Notes: a model not told the origin generated them from the letters alone. Numbered from the whole stretch's first letter, positions 21,349 to 33,600 are shown. The stretch is 63,981 nt of DNA, filler included, from Chrysochromulina tobinii (GCA_001275005.1; 11 parts of 11 records of this genome joined end to end with filler, not necessarily neighbours in it); one strand, 5' to 3'. Program-made: numbers and translations.

Positions 21349-23574
21349 TCAGCCGCAAATGCTCAGCGCCACAGACACGCTCCGGCCATCCACGGCGAAG
21401 CCGATCCGCATGGAGACCCCGTGACACTCTCGGCGCCGTCGCGTCGTCGCGGGCTCGTCGTGCGCAAAGAGGCCGCGGCAAGCACGGCATCGCCACATGC
21501 GCGTGAGCATGCCGCTCGCGCCCGGCTTCGGGTAGACGCGTACGTTCTTGAAGCTGCCCTCGCACTCAGCGCATAGCGGGCATATGCTCGGTCGAGGGAT
21601 AGAGGCGCCGTGGTGGGCGCCGCCGCCCTCGCCGCCGCCCTCGCCGCCGCCCTCGCCGCCGCCCTCGCCGCCGCCCTCGCCGCCGCCGCTGCCATCGGCA
21701 CGCGCCGCCGAGGCCGCCGTGCTCGGGTTAGGTGCAAAGGTACGTGCAAGGGCACGTGCAGGGGCACGCACACGGGTGAGTCGCACGGCGATGCAGGCTA
21801 CCCCCCCGACCGCGCACGCCCTCTGCTCACTGAGCACCCAACCTCCGGGCGGGAAGCGACGCGCGGATCGGACGCATGCCATCGCGGTGCCCGTGCTCCC
21901 CGCGCTGCCCACAAGCAAGGCACATCCCCCGTGACGAAGCACGCGCGCGAGCTCTCGAAGGAGCGCTCCCACATCCATTCGAGCGTGCAGCATCCCGTAG
22001 GGCAGGTCGGCGACCGCCGCGTCGACACTCGCCGCGCGCAGCCCCGAGCAGGTCGCGTCGGCGTGCAGAACGCTCACGACGGCGCCTTCACACAGCCAGC
22101 CGCGCACACGAGCCTCGGCTGCATTGGCGCGCGCCGCATTGCTCGCCGCTGCGTCCGTGTCGAGGGAGATTGCATGCACGCGCGCGAGGCATGCGGCCTC
22201 GATGCTGAGGAGGCCCAGGCCGCCGCACGGGTCGAGCACGACGTCGCCGGGGGCTGGCGCGAGTAAGCGCACCTGTGGGGAAGCAGGTACGGCGTCGTGG
22301 TGAGCACTTGCATGCCGAGAGACACCAGGGCGTTGGCGCGAGGGCGGCGATGGCGCCGTAGTGAGCGCGTGCATGCTACGCGCCGATGGGCGATGGCGCC
22401 GTAGTGAGCGCACCATGGTGGCCGCGCGCGAGGGCCGCATGTGTGCGCGCGAGAGGCCATGCAGGAGCCACGGGCGCTTCTCAGGCGGCAGCACACTCGT
22501 GCGCCGTGCCTCCCAGGGGGGGAGCACGAGCCCAAGGAGCAGCCGGCGCTGCACGAGCACGCCGACGAGCGTGATCTCGGGCGCGTCCAGATCGACCGTC
22601 CACGAGGGCTGCCACGTCAGCACCACTTGGGCGATCTCCGCGGCGATCTCGGGGCTCGAGATTGCATGCTCGCCGCCTCGGAGCACAGCGACTCTCAAAC
22701 GGAGCGGCGCGCCCGCGTCTTCGCCGTTGGGGGCGGCAAGACAGGTACCGGTACTGCCGCCGCCGCCCTCGCTCCTGCTGCTGCCGTTGCCGCAGCCGCC
22801 GCTGCCGCCGCTGCCGTTGCCGCTGCCGCTGCTGCCGCTGCCGCTGCCGCTGCCGTTGCGGCTGCCGTTGCCGCCGTCGTCGACCCCGCCGCCGCCTTTG
22901 CAATCAGCCACGTGCACCCGCCACGTGCGCAGCGCACGTGACCAGCCTTGTGAACTCTCCGCACGATCGCCCGTGAGCGCTCGTGCGACTGCACCGAGGG
23001 CCTCCGCAGCGGTGGCCGACTCGAGACCCACCACGTCTTGGCAGAGCACGAGCGCGAGTGCGGCGAGCAGCGTTGGATTACCGAGCGCCGTCATGAGCGG
23101 ACGATGCGCACCCACGAGCAGGGGCGACACGCCGCCGGCCGCGCCCGCGGCGAAGCCCGCAGCCACCTGTGGTGGCGCGGGTGCCACGAGTCGGGCTTGC
23201 GGCAGCACCAGGCCGGACTCGGCCTCGAGGGAGGCGGCCGCTACTGCCTCCAGCCCCGGCGTCACGAGCAGCGCATAGGCATAGGCATGCTCCCAGAGGC
23301 CCTCGTCCACAAGGAGCGGCGCTGTTGGCAGTGGCGGGGGCGGCGGCGGCGCGTGCGGCGCTGGCTGCTGATCGGGAGAGGCTGATCTCATTGGAGCTTC
23401 ATGCTCCATTTGGTGCACGGCGTCGACGTCGATCGGATATCTATGGCGCTTTCTGACGATCGTCGGACGGTCCAAGAAGTGCCGTACGGATAGGCGACGT
23501 CGGCCCCGTGTCGGGACGCCATTGTGATTTGCGGACTCTGCGATTTCGTCGCGCGTGGTCTTGGGCGCCTTCAT
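21349..23574 (-). CDS. THUMP-domain SAM-dependent RNA methyltransferase-like protein (THUMPD2/Trm11-like); intron 22273-22413; start uncertain
   Basis: VTPGLE, a THUMP-like R.G.H..SS.EIA..I......W.VDL.AP, MRPSRA, VVLDPCGGLG...IEAA, VADLPYG. Confidence 0.8.
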   Translation of the reverse strand: MKAPKTTRDEIAESANHNGVPTRGRRRLSVRHFLDRPTIVRKRHRYPIDVDAVHQMEHEAPMRSASPDQQPAPHAPPPPPPLPTAPLLVDEGLWEHAYAYALLVTPGLEAVAAASLEAESGLVLPQARLVAPAPPQVAAGFAAGAAGGVSPLLVGAHRPLMTALGNPTLLAALALVLCQDVVGLESATAAEALGAVARALTGDRAESSQGWSRALRTWRVHVADCKGGGGVDDGGNGSRNGSGSGSGSSGSGNGSGGSGGCGNGSSRSEGGGGSTGTCLAAPNGEDAGAPLRLRVAVLRGGEHAISSPEIAAEIAQVVLTWQPSWTVDLDAPEITLVGVLVQRRLLLGLVLPPWEARRTSVLPPEKRPWLLHGLSRAHMRPSRAATMVRSLRRHRPSARSMHALTTAPSPPSRQRPGVSRHASAHHDAVPASPQVRLLAPAPGDVVLDPCGGLGLLSIEAACLARVHAISLDTDAAASNAARANAAEARVRGWLCEGAVVSVLHADATCSGLRAASVDAAVADLPYGMLHARMDVGALLRELARVLRHGGCALLVGSAGSTGTAMACVRSARRFPPGGWVLSEQRACAVGGVACIAVRLTRVRAPARALARTFAPNPSTAASAARADGSGGGEGGGEGGGEGGGEGGGEGGGAHHGASIPRPSICPLCAECEGSFKNVRVYPKPGASGMLTRMWRCRACRGLFAHDEPATTRRRRECHGVSMRIGFAVDGRSVSVALSICG

Positions 23575-23836
23575 AGGATTTGCTCCGCAAGAAGAGGTCA
23601 AGGAAGGCACAAGCCACCCAGGACCGACGCCTCCTCAGAACACGTTTCTCTGTCATTCGAATACGTGCGGGCGGGGTCGTGCGCCACAGGCAGCAGCACC
23701 CCTCCAAAGACAGACATGCGCGCCAACTTCACATGTAAATAAGGCCCCGGAAATCGGCATGTGCACCCCGAGCCGCTCCTCAAACGCCCCCGCCTCTGAA
23801 TCCATCCTGAATGGCGACGCGATCGAACCCCATCCG

Positions 23837-24910
23837 TCAGCCCTTGGACTCGAAGCCGCCGTACACGACGGTCACGCTGCTGGGCTCGATCCGGTACTGT
23901 ACGCCGCCAGAGGCACTTCGAGCGACGATGAGGGTGCACGCGACGACGCCGCAGTTGACGATCTTGCGCTTCGCCGCCTGATGCTCGCCCGTGAGGAAGC
24001 GCGCGAAAAACGAGCGGAACCAGAGCGAATGGCCCCCAACGATCAGCGTAGATTCGGGACGGTCCGCTGCCCACGCAGCGAAGGCTTCAAGCCTCGCAAT
24101 GCCGCGGAAGGCGAGGGTCTTGTTGCCCGCGTTCGTTTTGCTCTCGAAGCGGGCCCCCGGCGCGCAGACCTCGAGAACGGCGTCGAGGGGCGGCGAGCAC
24201 GAAGGCCGCGCGAGTGCGAGCGTGTCGAAGTTACGCGAAATCTCCTGGCAGGCGGAGTGCAGCACGACTGCCTCGCGCGAGCGACGGAGCCGATCCGAGA
24301 GCGCGATGGCGAGCGTGCACGCGGCGCGCCGCAGCTGCGACGACACGATCAGCGAAGAGCCCTCACCTGTGGTGAGGGCGGCAAAGTCTTGGCTCGCTGC
24401 CAGGTCGACACACGGCTTCCTCAGGAACGCCTGCAGCTTGATGCACTGCTCCAGGCCGTACTCCGACAGCGGCGAATCGAGGTAGGCCGAGTCCTCAAAC
24501 GGGAGCAGATACAGCTCGTGGAGGGTCACTCGGAGCAGCCGCACGAGGAAGGAGGGGCCAAAGCCGCGATTGAACACGTAATTCCACACAGACTCCCCGT
24601 GACGCACAAAGATCAGGCGAATGTGCCGTTCGGTGGCGGCGTTCGGTGGCAGCTCCTCGGCGTTGGCACGCGCACGCTGTAGGTCCTTGGAGCTCACAGC
24701 GTCCTTGGACAGCACAAGAAAGTAGCTTCCGTAGGCTACGAGCTTCGCCTTGCGGGTGAGCGCCTGGACGATGCTGCCCGTCTGCGACGAGTCTGGAAGC
24801 AGCTCCTTACGAATCATACCCAGCTTCATCGCGATCACCACGAGCAGCAGCATGAACAGGCAGGGACCGATGACATACGTCGCGAACCACGTCGTCGACG
24901 CGGCCGACAT
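23837..24910 (-). CDS. Histidine phosphatase (phosphoglycerate mutase-like) family protein with an N-terminal membrane anchor
   Basis: LIFVRHGESVWN, DSPLSEYG, VSSQLRRA, IVGGHSLW, IVNCGVV. Confidence 0.92.
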   Translation of the reverse strand: MSAASTTWFATYVIGPCLFMLLLVVIAMKLGMIRKELLPDSSQTGSIVQALTRKAKLVAYGSYFLVLSKDAVSSKDLQRARANAEELPPNAATERHIRLIFVRHGESVWNYVFNRGFGPSFLVRLLRVTLHELYLLPFEDSAYLDSPLSEYGLEQCIKLQAFLRKPCVDLAASQDFAALTTGEGSSLIVSSQLRRAACTLAIALSDRLRRSREAVVLHSACQEISRNFDTLALARPSCSPPLDAVLEVCAPGARFESKTNAGNKTLAFRGIARLEAFAAWAADRPESTLIVGGHSLWFRSFFARFLTGEHQAAKRKIVNCGVVACTLIVARSASGGVQYRIEPSSVTVVYGGFESKG

Positions 24911-25110
24911 GGCGTGCGAGGGGCCAGCACACAGCCGAGAGAGTTGAACGCGCCAAGATCAAGTCAAGCGAGACAAGACAAGTCAAGTCAAAGTAAAAAC
25001 TTGTGAAAAGCGAAAAGAGCCTCTTGAGGGAGGGTAGGGGGCTATTTTCACTCGGAGGTCGGTTGCGCCGAGCGTGAAGTTCTAGTTTCCAAAACAAGTT
25101 TGCATTGGCA

Positions 25111-26277
25111 ATGCTAAGCACCTCGTTCGAGGGCCTTGCAAACACCGGTTCTCTTTCGAGGACCTTGCCTCGTACACGCGACAAGTTCAAAAGCACCGAA
25201 TACCTGCGCGAACAGGCACGGCTCAAGCGCACCAACGCGGAGCTGGAGCGCGCTCAACAGTGGACCGCAGCGAGCGCCGAGCGGCCCATTCGCATTGGGC
25301 ATGATGTGCGCGGCGCCGACGCGCGGATCATGCTGGAGAGCCGCGATGTCGTGAGCCACGGCACTCCATCCCGTGTCAAGCCGGCGAGCGCGAAAAAGGC
25401 CCCTCCGCCCAAAGCGCTGAAGCTGGTCATCCGCGATATCTGCGCGCAGGATCTGCCCAATGCCGACGCAGTGGGTGGCTCCGACCCGTTTGCTCGCTTC
25501 ACGCTGCTCGAATGCGAGGACAAGCGCATCTCTTCGTGCACCAAGGCGCTCCAGAACAGCCTCAACCCGGTGTGGTCCGACGTGATTGAGCTCATCATCC
25601 CGGCCGGCTCCCTGCCATCTCGCTCCAAGGAGCCGCTGATCCACCTGGCGGTCCTCGACGAAGACGTGGCCGAGGCGGGCGAGGATGGCGACGTCGACCT
25701 GCTGGGCGAGACGGTGCTCCGGCTGACAGAGACGTCGGGGGCCTACTTCCGTGTGCCGATGGAGGGGGTGGGCATCTACGATGGCAAGAAGCAGCCGTGG
25801 TTCTCTCTCGTCTCGTTCACCTACGAGATCAGTGAATACATCCCGCCGCCTTCGGCCGCGCTGCTGCTCGGAGGCATTGAGCTGCACGACGCACCGCTCG
25901 CACAGCTCGCAGCGCTGGGCATCCTGTCCGGGCTGCGCGTGCGCTTCGGAGTGCCCGAGGCGAGCGCCGTGGCGAGCAAACCGCTCATCTCGACGCCTCC
26001 CGTGCCGCCCACGACGTGCTCCTTCCTCGCGTGGGATGATCTCACTGTGGTGCTCGAGCTGGGCAACGCCAAGCGGCCGCCGCTGCTGCGCGCCGAGCTG
26101 TGCAGCGACGCGTGGGACGATGGCGCGACAGCCCTCGCCGCAGGCGACGTGCGACTCGAGCCGGGGAGCGTGACGGGTGGTGCGCCCAATGCGGCGGTCG
26201 TCAGCCTCGCCGGAGCGTCCTTCCGCTGCCGCCTCCAGCTGTTCTTCGATATAGTCGAGCCGGACGTCTCGGTGTGA
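25111..26277 (+). CDS. C2-domain protein
   Basis: CAQDLPNADAVGGSDPF...NSLNPVW...VLDED...DLLGE. Confidence 0.85.
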   Translation: MLSTSFEGLANTGSLSRTLPRTRDKFKSTEYLREQARLKRTNAELERAQQWTAASAERPIRIGHDVRGADARIMLESRDVVSHGTPSRVKPASAKKAPPPKALKLVIRDICAQDLPNADAVGGSDPFARFTLLECEDKRISSCTKALQNSLNPVWSDVIELIIPAGSLPSRSKEPLIHLAVLDEDVAEAGEDGDVDLLGETVLRLTETSGAYFRVPMEGVGIYDGKKQPWFSLVSFTYEISEYIPPPSAALLLGGIELHDAPLAQLAALGILSGLRVRFGVPEASAVASKPLISTPPVPPTTCSFLAWDDLTVVLELGNAKRPPLLRAELCSDAWDDGATALAAGDVRLEPGSVTGGAPNAAVVSLAGASFRCRLQLFFDIVEPDVSV

Positions 26278-26424
26278 GCTGGAGAGGCATGCGTGTTTGA
26301 CGAGATGCTCATGCGTGGAGCCTTTTTCAAAGTTCCCTATTCAGAAAGTTTCGGCGTTTCGTCAAAAGAATTCCTGCGAAGCCCGAGAGAGGGGATCGGA
26401 CTGATCCGCGGCCTGGTTGCCAAG

Positions 26425-26859
26425 ATGTCCAGTGCGGCCGTCGCACGAACACTGTACCGCGCGCTCCTGCGCGGCAGCGAGCGCGTGCGTAGCAGCATGC
26501 GCGCTGGCCACGTCGTCATCGTGGCGGAGGTCGTCCAGCGCTTTGCAGCCCACAGCCGCTCTTCCTCTGCTCTCCGCAAGGCTCTAGCGGACCAAGGGCC
26601 GCTGCCACTATCAGGTCTGGTGCGACACACCTTCCGCAACTCCGACGGTCATCAGTCCCCAGACAAAGCCTTGCGTCTCGACACGGCCTTCAGCGCCATG
26701 CGCAGCATGGCGCTTATCGAGGAGTTCGTCATGAACAACAACAAGCTCTTTGACAGCCTCGAGGGACTGAGTGACCGGGAAACGCCGGAGATGCCCCGCG
26801 CGCGGCTCGTCGCCTCGGCCATCTTGCGTGATGCGGCGCTGCCTCGGGAGCTCCCATAG
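26425..26859 (+). CDS. Small hypothetical protein with an LYR-like N-terminus
   Basis: ARTLYRALLR followed later by VRHTFR. Confidence 0.5.
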   Translation: MSSAAVARTLYRALLRGSERVRSSMRAGHVVIVAEVVQRFAAHSRSSSALRKALADQGPLPLSGLVRHTFRNSDGHQSPDKALRLDTAFSAMRSMALIEEFVMNNNKLFDSLEGLSDRETPEMPRARLVASAILRDAALPRELP

Positions 26860-27355
26860 AGGCAGCCATGTGCCTTACACCAGAATGTACACAATAGCTA
26901 TTCCCCAATTCGCGTGCCAATTCGCCAGCAGCGACAGCCGCGGGTGTTGACTGTGACTGAGTCTGTGCGTCTATTATGGCTCTGATGGGTGGGCTAGCGT
27001 TAACGCCTGTTACGGCATTTGTCGTCACTCCTTCTGAGAGTTGACGTATTTTTTTCTACGTTGATTTGTATTCTCTCCACTCCACAAACCGAGAACGTGC
27101 CGCGCTCGAGCGCACCCAGGCGCTCTCCGGCCTCCGAACGGAACACGCTCACTCATCCGATCCAATATAAGTGTGGTAGACCTCCTATTTCTCGCCCCGT
27201 TTCTCAGGGTGCGCAGGTCGTCTCGACGCGTTCACGCGTGTGCACGTCGAGTGCCGTGCACCCCTGCGCACCTGCTACGTACCTGCGTGCGGCGCTCTGT
27301 CTCTGAACTTGTCGCGGAGTAGACGTCAGTAGTCGCAAAAAGAGATAGTAGGTGT

Positions 27356-28878
27356 TTATTGTTTGAGCTTCGTCAGCTCGTCCTGGAGCGCGCGCAGCCG
27401 CTCCTTGTCATCATCTCGCTGCCGCTTGAGCTCGCGGGAGATCCCCTTGAATTTATCTCGCTCCATCTCCGCAGCCGAGAGCATCTCCTTCAGCTTGGCT
27501 TCCTCGGCGGACGCGCCGTTCGAGGTGATCGCCGGAGCCTGGACCTCCTTCATAGCCACCTCGGCGGCTTGGGCGGCCGCCTTGGCCACATCACGCTCGG
27601 CTTCGGCGGCGGCAAGCTTTTCTGCCAGCCGCTCAACCTCAGCGGTCGCCTCGGCTGCCACTTTGGCCTCACTCAACGCCGCCGCCTCGCGCAACGCCGC
27701 CAACTCTTCGCGTGCCGCCGCCGCCTGCTGCTGCGCCGTCGTGAGCTCATTCTGAGCCGCCGCCGCCGCCTGCTGCTGCGCTGCGGCCGCCTTTGCAGCC
27801 TCTGCCGCCGCCTCCGCAAGCGCCTCAGCACGTGCCTGCGCCCGCGCCGTGGCAAGCGCATCTTCCGACATCGTGGCTTGGGCGGCCGCCTTGGCCACAT
27901 CACGCTCGGCCTCGGCGGCAGCGAGTTTCTCTGCCAGCCGCTCAACCTCAGCGGTCGCCTCGGCTGCCACTTTGGCCTCGCTCAACGCCGCCGCCTCGCG
28001 CAACGCCGCCAACTCCTCGCGTGCCGCCGCCGCCGCCGCCGCCTCCACTCTCGCGGCCGCCTCTGCCTCCGACTTGGCCGCTGCCATCGCCGCAGCCTCT
28101 GCCGCCGCCTCCGCCAGCGCTTCCGCCCGTGCCTGCTCGCGCGCCGTCGCGAGCGCCTCTGCGGAAGCCACCGATGGCACTAGTGCTGCCGCGGCTGCGC
28201 CCTCTGCCAGGTCGGCTCGTCCGGCCGCGGCTGGCGTGGCGGCGGCGGCGGCCATGGCGGCGGCGGCTGTGGCGGCGGCGAGCGCGGCGCGAGCCTCGTC
28301 GAGCGCGGCGCGTGCTTCGTCACGCTGATGAGCGGCCTCATCACGCCCTCGCTCCGCCGCCTCCTTGGCGCTCACCACGGCGCTCAACTCGGCGCTCATC
28401 TCGGCGCTCAACGCCGCCTCGTGCTGCTCGGGGGCGGCTGCCGACGGCGCCGCCGCCGCGTGCGCCTCCACCGTCCCGAGGAGCTCGAGATTAGTGCGCT
28501 TCGCAAGCAAGCTCCCGCCGCCATCGAGCCGTAGATGCTCGCGGCCCTCCTGCTGGCGCCCGCTGAGCACTCCGAGCTTGCCGTTGTGCTGCGCCGCCGC
28601 TTTGAGCCCATGTACGCGCACATGCGCCCCGGCCACCCAACCGGTGAGAGGCGAGAGTGGAGTGCTGTTGACGAACCCCTCGGCGCCGGCTGGCGCACTC
28701 GCCGGCGCCAGCGAATCATCGGCCCCTGATCTCCCCGATCTCCCCAATCTCCCCTGGAGCTCGTCACGCTGCATCTCGAGCTCGCGCGCGATCTCCTTGA
28801 ATCTGGCCAAGTCGGCCTCAAGGGACCTTCGCTGCTCTGCCTCCACCGCCGCCTGCGCCGCCGCCTGCGCCGCCGCCT
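27356..28878 (-). CDS. Ala/Glu-rich coiled-coil protein with an internal duplication, 5'-partial
   Basis: 496-aa ORF. AAAAREELAALREAAALSEAKVAAEATAEVERLAEKLAAAEAERDVAKAAAQA occurs twice, and there is an SH3-like VRVHGLKAAAQHNGKLG segment. Confidence 0.75.
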
Positions 28879-29074
28879 NNNNNNNNNNNNNNNNNNNNNN
28901 NNNNNNNNNNNNNNNNNNNNNNTTAATTAATTAANNNNNNNNNNNNNNNNNNNNNNNNNNNNNNNNNNNNNNNNNNNNGGCGAGGGCGGAGGTGGTGAGG
29001 GCGGCGGTGGCGAGGGCGGCGGTGGCAAGGGTGAAAGCGGCGGTGGTGATGGCGGAGGTGGCAAGGCCAGATGA

Positions 29075-29570
29075 TCGTGGTCTCGAGCTCGCGCATCATC
29101 TTGAGGCCGAGGTGGCAGTTCTGGAGCAGCACCCAGCTGCCCATGAGCATGCCCTGCTGCAGCAGCTTGCGCGCCGCGGGCTCCTGGCCCTGGCCCATCC
29201 AGATGGAGCCGACCTTCTTCTTCATCTTGCGCGCGAGCTCGTTGATCGCATTCGTCGGGTCGGCGCCCGTCGACAGGATGAAGATGGCTGGGGTGAACTT
29301 GTTCACCTCCTCGGTGAGCGCGCGGATGTCGAGCAGGCGCGAGTCGGCGTACCGCTTGCCGAGCGCGTCCATGACGTACTCCTGCACGCCAGTCAGGGCG
29401 CGGTCCTCGCGCAGCGCGCGGCCGAGCAGCAACTTGTCAAAGTACATCTCGATCCGGTCGTCGAAGTCCGGTATTTTCACGGCCTCGGGGCAGTCCTCGT
29501 CGTACCAGTGCTTCCACACGGCGTCGTTGCGAGTGATCGCGTCCGGCAGATCGCGGTACACGGGCGACCA
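29075..29570 (-). pseudogene. Fragment of an axonemal dynein heavy chain (AAA6 region, outer-arm gamma/DNAH5-8-like), degenerate
   Basis: WKHWYDEDCPE, RALREDR, IFILSTGADPT, SIWMGQGQE..AR, WVLLQNCHLGL. It is joined directly to dynein-2 AAA2 sequence and to a Pro-rich repeat. Confidence 0.75.
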
Positions 29571-30633
29571 CGAGCTGCGACCACGAGCCCATCCATTGGA
29601 GCAGCATGTGCTCATCACGCTGCACCGCCGCCGTGCGCACCATCGCGCCGCCCTCGGTGTCGAAGTCGTCAAAGGTGAGCTGCTGCGAGGTGTCCTGCGT
29701 GTACAGCTCATGCACGCCCCGCTTGACGTTGAAGAAGCCGTCGAGGGGTCGCCGATGGTCGGCTGGCATCTCACCGGTCCATGAGTAGAGCAGCTTGGCC
29801 AGCTCGGCGCGCTTCGTGTGCATCAAGTTGGAGCCAAACCCGCGGATGGCCGCACACACAAACTCGGCCTTCGACGCGACGCCGTGCAAGTGCGAGAGCG
29901 CGCTCACGACGATGCCCGCCTTGGTGGTGTCGACCACTGCCGAGTCCTGCGCCAAGACCCAATCGAGCACCTTGAAAAAGTACTCGCTCAGCCAGTTGTC
30001 GAGCTTCATCTGCAACTCGGCCGGCTGCTTCTTGAGCCACGCGCTCACAATGCACTTGACGTCGGACGTCTCCTGGTCAAGGAAGATCATGCCCATCCAA
30101 GAGACCGTCGCGGGGGAGGCGAACTTGAGGTCGTGGGTCTCGAAGATGAAGTTGACGTTCGGGCTGAACTGGATGCGTTCTCCCGAGGGCATCATGAGCA
30201 GCCGGTTGTCATCGAGGACCAAGTTGAGAGACTCGACCCACTCAGGGTCGATGTCGCCGTCGCAGATGATCCAACTCTTGACGTCGGGCGGCTCGCGCAC
30301 CACCTTGCGCGCGGACGCAGTGAGCACGCCGTCGAACCACTCGTGCGTGTACATGTCCATGTGACCGAGCAGCTGCTCGCGCGGCATCGACTTTGGGTTC
30401 ATCACGTACGTGGGGATCTTTTGTCCCATCTGGGCGAGGGTGAGCTTGAGCACGCGCCATATAGTCGACTTGCCGCAGCCCGAGGGGCCAAAGAAGACCA
30501 CACCCATCCGCTGCATCGTGGCCTCATAGAACTGGAGGATCTTGCGGACTTGTAGCAAGAGGGTCTTGAGCTTCTCCTCCTCGAGCACCTTGAGGATCGC
30601 CTTCTCGAGCGTCTCGTAGTTGACGTCGGTCAT
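29571..30633 (-). pseudogene. DYNC2H1: Dynein-2 heavy chain AAA2 region, frameshifted and mutated
   Basis: QRMGVV..GPSGCGKS, WIICDGDIDPEWVESLN, FASPATVS. Several invariant residues are substituted, and the frame differs from the upstream ORF. Confidence 0.8.
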
Positions 30634-33600
30634 GTAGTAGCGCCGGGGAAGACGTCGCCCACGAGCGCGTTGAACGCCTCCGTGTCCGAGTGCGTGAGCT
30701 TCTCGACCGTGTTGATGCGCAGCGCCTTGATGAGGATGGTCTCCTCGACGGGCTGACCGAGGTCGAGGGTGCCCTGCTGCTTCTTCTCAGCGGCGAGCAG
30801 CTGGCCCGACCACGAGAGGATCGTCTTGAGCGTCTTGAGCAGCCCCCAGTCGTAGTGCTGCTGCGGCGAGAGCAGCTGCTTCGAGAGTGTGAAGATGGCG
30901 ACGAGCTTGACACTGAGCGCCTTTGCATGCTTGAAGCCCTCCGAGTACATCATGACCTCCGAGATGAGATCATTGTCCGGCTTGGCCATCGAGATCGCAC
31001 GGAAGAGCGCCTTGAGGTTGTCGGGCAGCTTGGAGCGGCCGCCGTAGCCCTTGCCCGCCGGGTTGAGGGTCACAAAGATGCCGGCGTTTGGATCGACCGA
31101 GGTTTGCGTGCCGTTGACCTCGCACTGCGGCTCGCGCCCCTTGATGGCGCCCTGGATGATCTGGATCTGCTGCGAAATCTCCGACAGCTGGTCGGGCAGC
31201 AGCCGGTTGAACTCGTCGAAGCAGCCCCACGCGCCGCACTTGACGAGGCCGACGAAGATGCGCCCCATGGACTTGGAGTCGATGCCCTCGTCGCAGTTGA
31301 AGACGAGCACCTGCCGGCCGAAGGCGTTGCCGAGCGCCTTGACGGATTCGGTCTTGCCCGTGCCCGCGGGGCCGTACGGGTTGCCGCCGTAGCCCATGAA
31401 CATCGCCTGGGTGAGCGTGAGGTAGCACTTGTCCGTGAGCGGCGTGTGCACGAGCTTGGGCGCGTTGCCCTGGTACTCGTACGTGTAGTCGAACTCGGCG
31501 GAGACCATCCGCATCGTGACGGCGCCGTTCTGGTTCAAGTAGTAGCGCAGCTGCTTGCGCCACTGCCAGTCCTTGGGCGAGGTGGTGCCCGCCTTGAGCA
31601 GCTGGTCGACCACGTCCATGTTGTGGATCAGGTCGAGCACGAGCGCCTTCACCTTGAGGGTCGAGAGCGGCACGTCGGTCGGGTAGCTCGTGAGCTCTCC
31701 CAGCCGTTGGAAGAGCGACGCCTTGAGCTTCTCGAGCGCGGGCTTGCCTCCCGGGAGCGCGGCCTCGCACTCGCGCGTGAAAGCGACGTACTCAGCAATG
31801 CAGAGGACCTGCGAGGGCAGCCGCTCAATGTCGGTCTCGCCGGACGAGATGGCGCGCTGGATCATGCCCTGGAGCGTCGCCTTCATCGCGACGGTCAGCT
31901 GCTGCAGCCACGCCTCCACCTGCTCCGTCACCAGCACCGGCTTGTTGAGCGGGACCTCCTCGCCCGCCAGCGAGCACATGGCGACGATCTGGTCGTTCGC
32001 GGGCGAGAACTTGACCTTGAAGATGCCCGCGAAGAGCTTCTTGAGGTGCGACTGGATGACGGTCGGGTTCTTGGCCTGGCCGAGGATCTCGAGCAGGTCG
32101 TCGTCGCCGATGAAGTAGAAGCGCGGGAAGGATTGGCGCTTCTGCTCGAGGAAGTCGGCGAGCGCCTTCTGGCAGCGCTCGAGCTGGTCGAGGATGGCCT
32201 CCAGGGACTCGGCGAGCTGCGGCGTGCGCAGCAGCGAAAAGACGCGCTTGTCGTCGCCGATGCCGAGCATGATCGATCGGAACTCCTCATCGACGCGCGT
32301 GAAGCGCGCCTGCTCGTGCGGCAGCGCGCCGCGCCCGAAGATGGGCTCGAGGTACACCCACTTGCGCTGGATCGGGTTGAGCTTCGCGAGCACGTCGTCG
32401 AGGAGCGTGAGCTTGCTCTGGTACTGCGCGACCGTGTCGGAAAAGGCGCCGAAAAAGGGCGACGCCTTGAGCGAGCCGAGGAGCGATTGGAACTCGCTCA
32501 CTTGAGACGTGAGGTCTTTCCAGTCGCGGATGAGGGGCGTGCGCCGGCCCGCCTCCTCGTGCTCGGTGAGCACGAAGGTCGCCTCCTGCGAAAACGAGGC
32601 CACCTCCTGGATGGCCTCGCGGATCGCAATCTCGCCCTGCGCTCGGTCGGCGAGCACGCGCAGATCGTCGGCGTGCTCGACGATGGCCTCGGCGGCGCTG
32701 AGGAAGTGGTGCAGGCACAGCTTGTCGAGTGAGATCTTCTCCATGTTGAGCTTGTGGAAGAGCGAGCGCCAGTGCTCTTGCTGGAACGCGTCGCCACGCA
32801 CGTACTTGAGCGTGGGCGCCACGTCACGGAAGCGCGTGAGCTCCGCCTTCAGGTGGTCGGCGACGGCGCCCGGTGGGCAAGTGCCCAGCTTCTCGACCCA
32901 CGCGGCCACAAAGTCTTCGAAGACCCACAGGCGCTGCCGGAAGGAGACCCAATCCTCCTGGGCGATGGCGTCGAGCTCCTTGTTGTACGCCTCGAAGACG
33001 GCGCACGAGGCCACGTACGACTCGATGTCGGCGCGCACGTCGTTGAGGCCGACGAGCGAGGGCGGCTTCAGGTCAAAGTGCTCGCAGTCGGAGACAATCT
33101 TGGCGCCATTCTGCTCGACCTCGGCGAACTCGGACTGCCACTCCTTGACCCGCGCGATCACGGCGAGCATCTCCTCCCTCTTACCGGTCTCGAGCTTCTT
33201 GGGCTTGAGCTCGAACCATCTCGCCGAGAACTTTTCGAGGCGCAGCTGCATCTCGTCCACGCGCCCCGACATCTGGCCGCGCAGGTGCTCGACCTGGTCC
33301 TCGATGCGCTCGCTGAAGGCGCCGAGCGTGAGCTCGAGCTCCTCCCAGCGCGAGATCAGGGGCGCGAGCTCGATGGGCTGGCGCGAGTACGACGCGAGCA
33401 GGCGCGAGAGGTCCTCGAGCTTCTTGAAGCCGAGCTTGACGGTCGACGAGGACGTCTCGACCTCGCGGCACTGCTTCTTGGCCTCCGAGATCTCGTCGAG
33501 CGATTGCGGCCGCTTCGAGAGGTGCTCGAGCGACTTGGAGATGAACTCCGAGAGCTCGCGCTGCGTCGCCGTCGCTTGGCGCACCATCCCGAGCTGCAGC

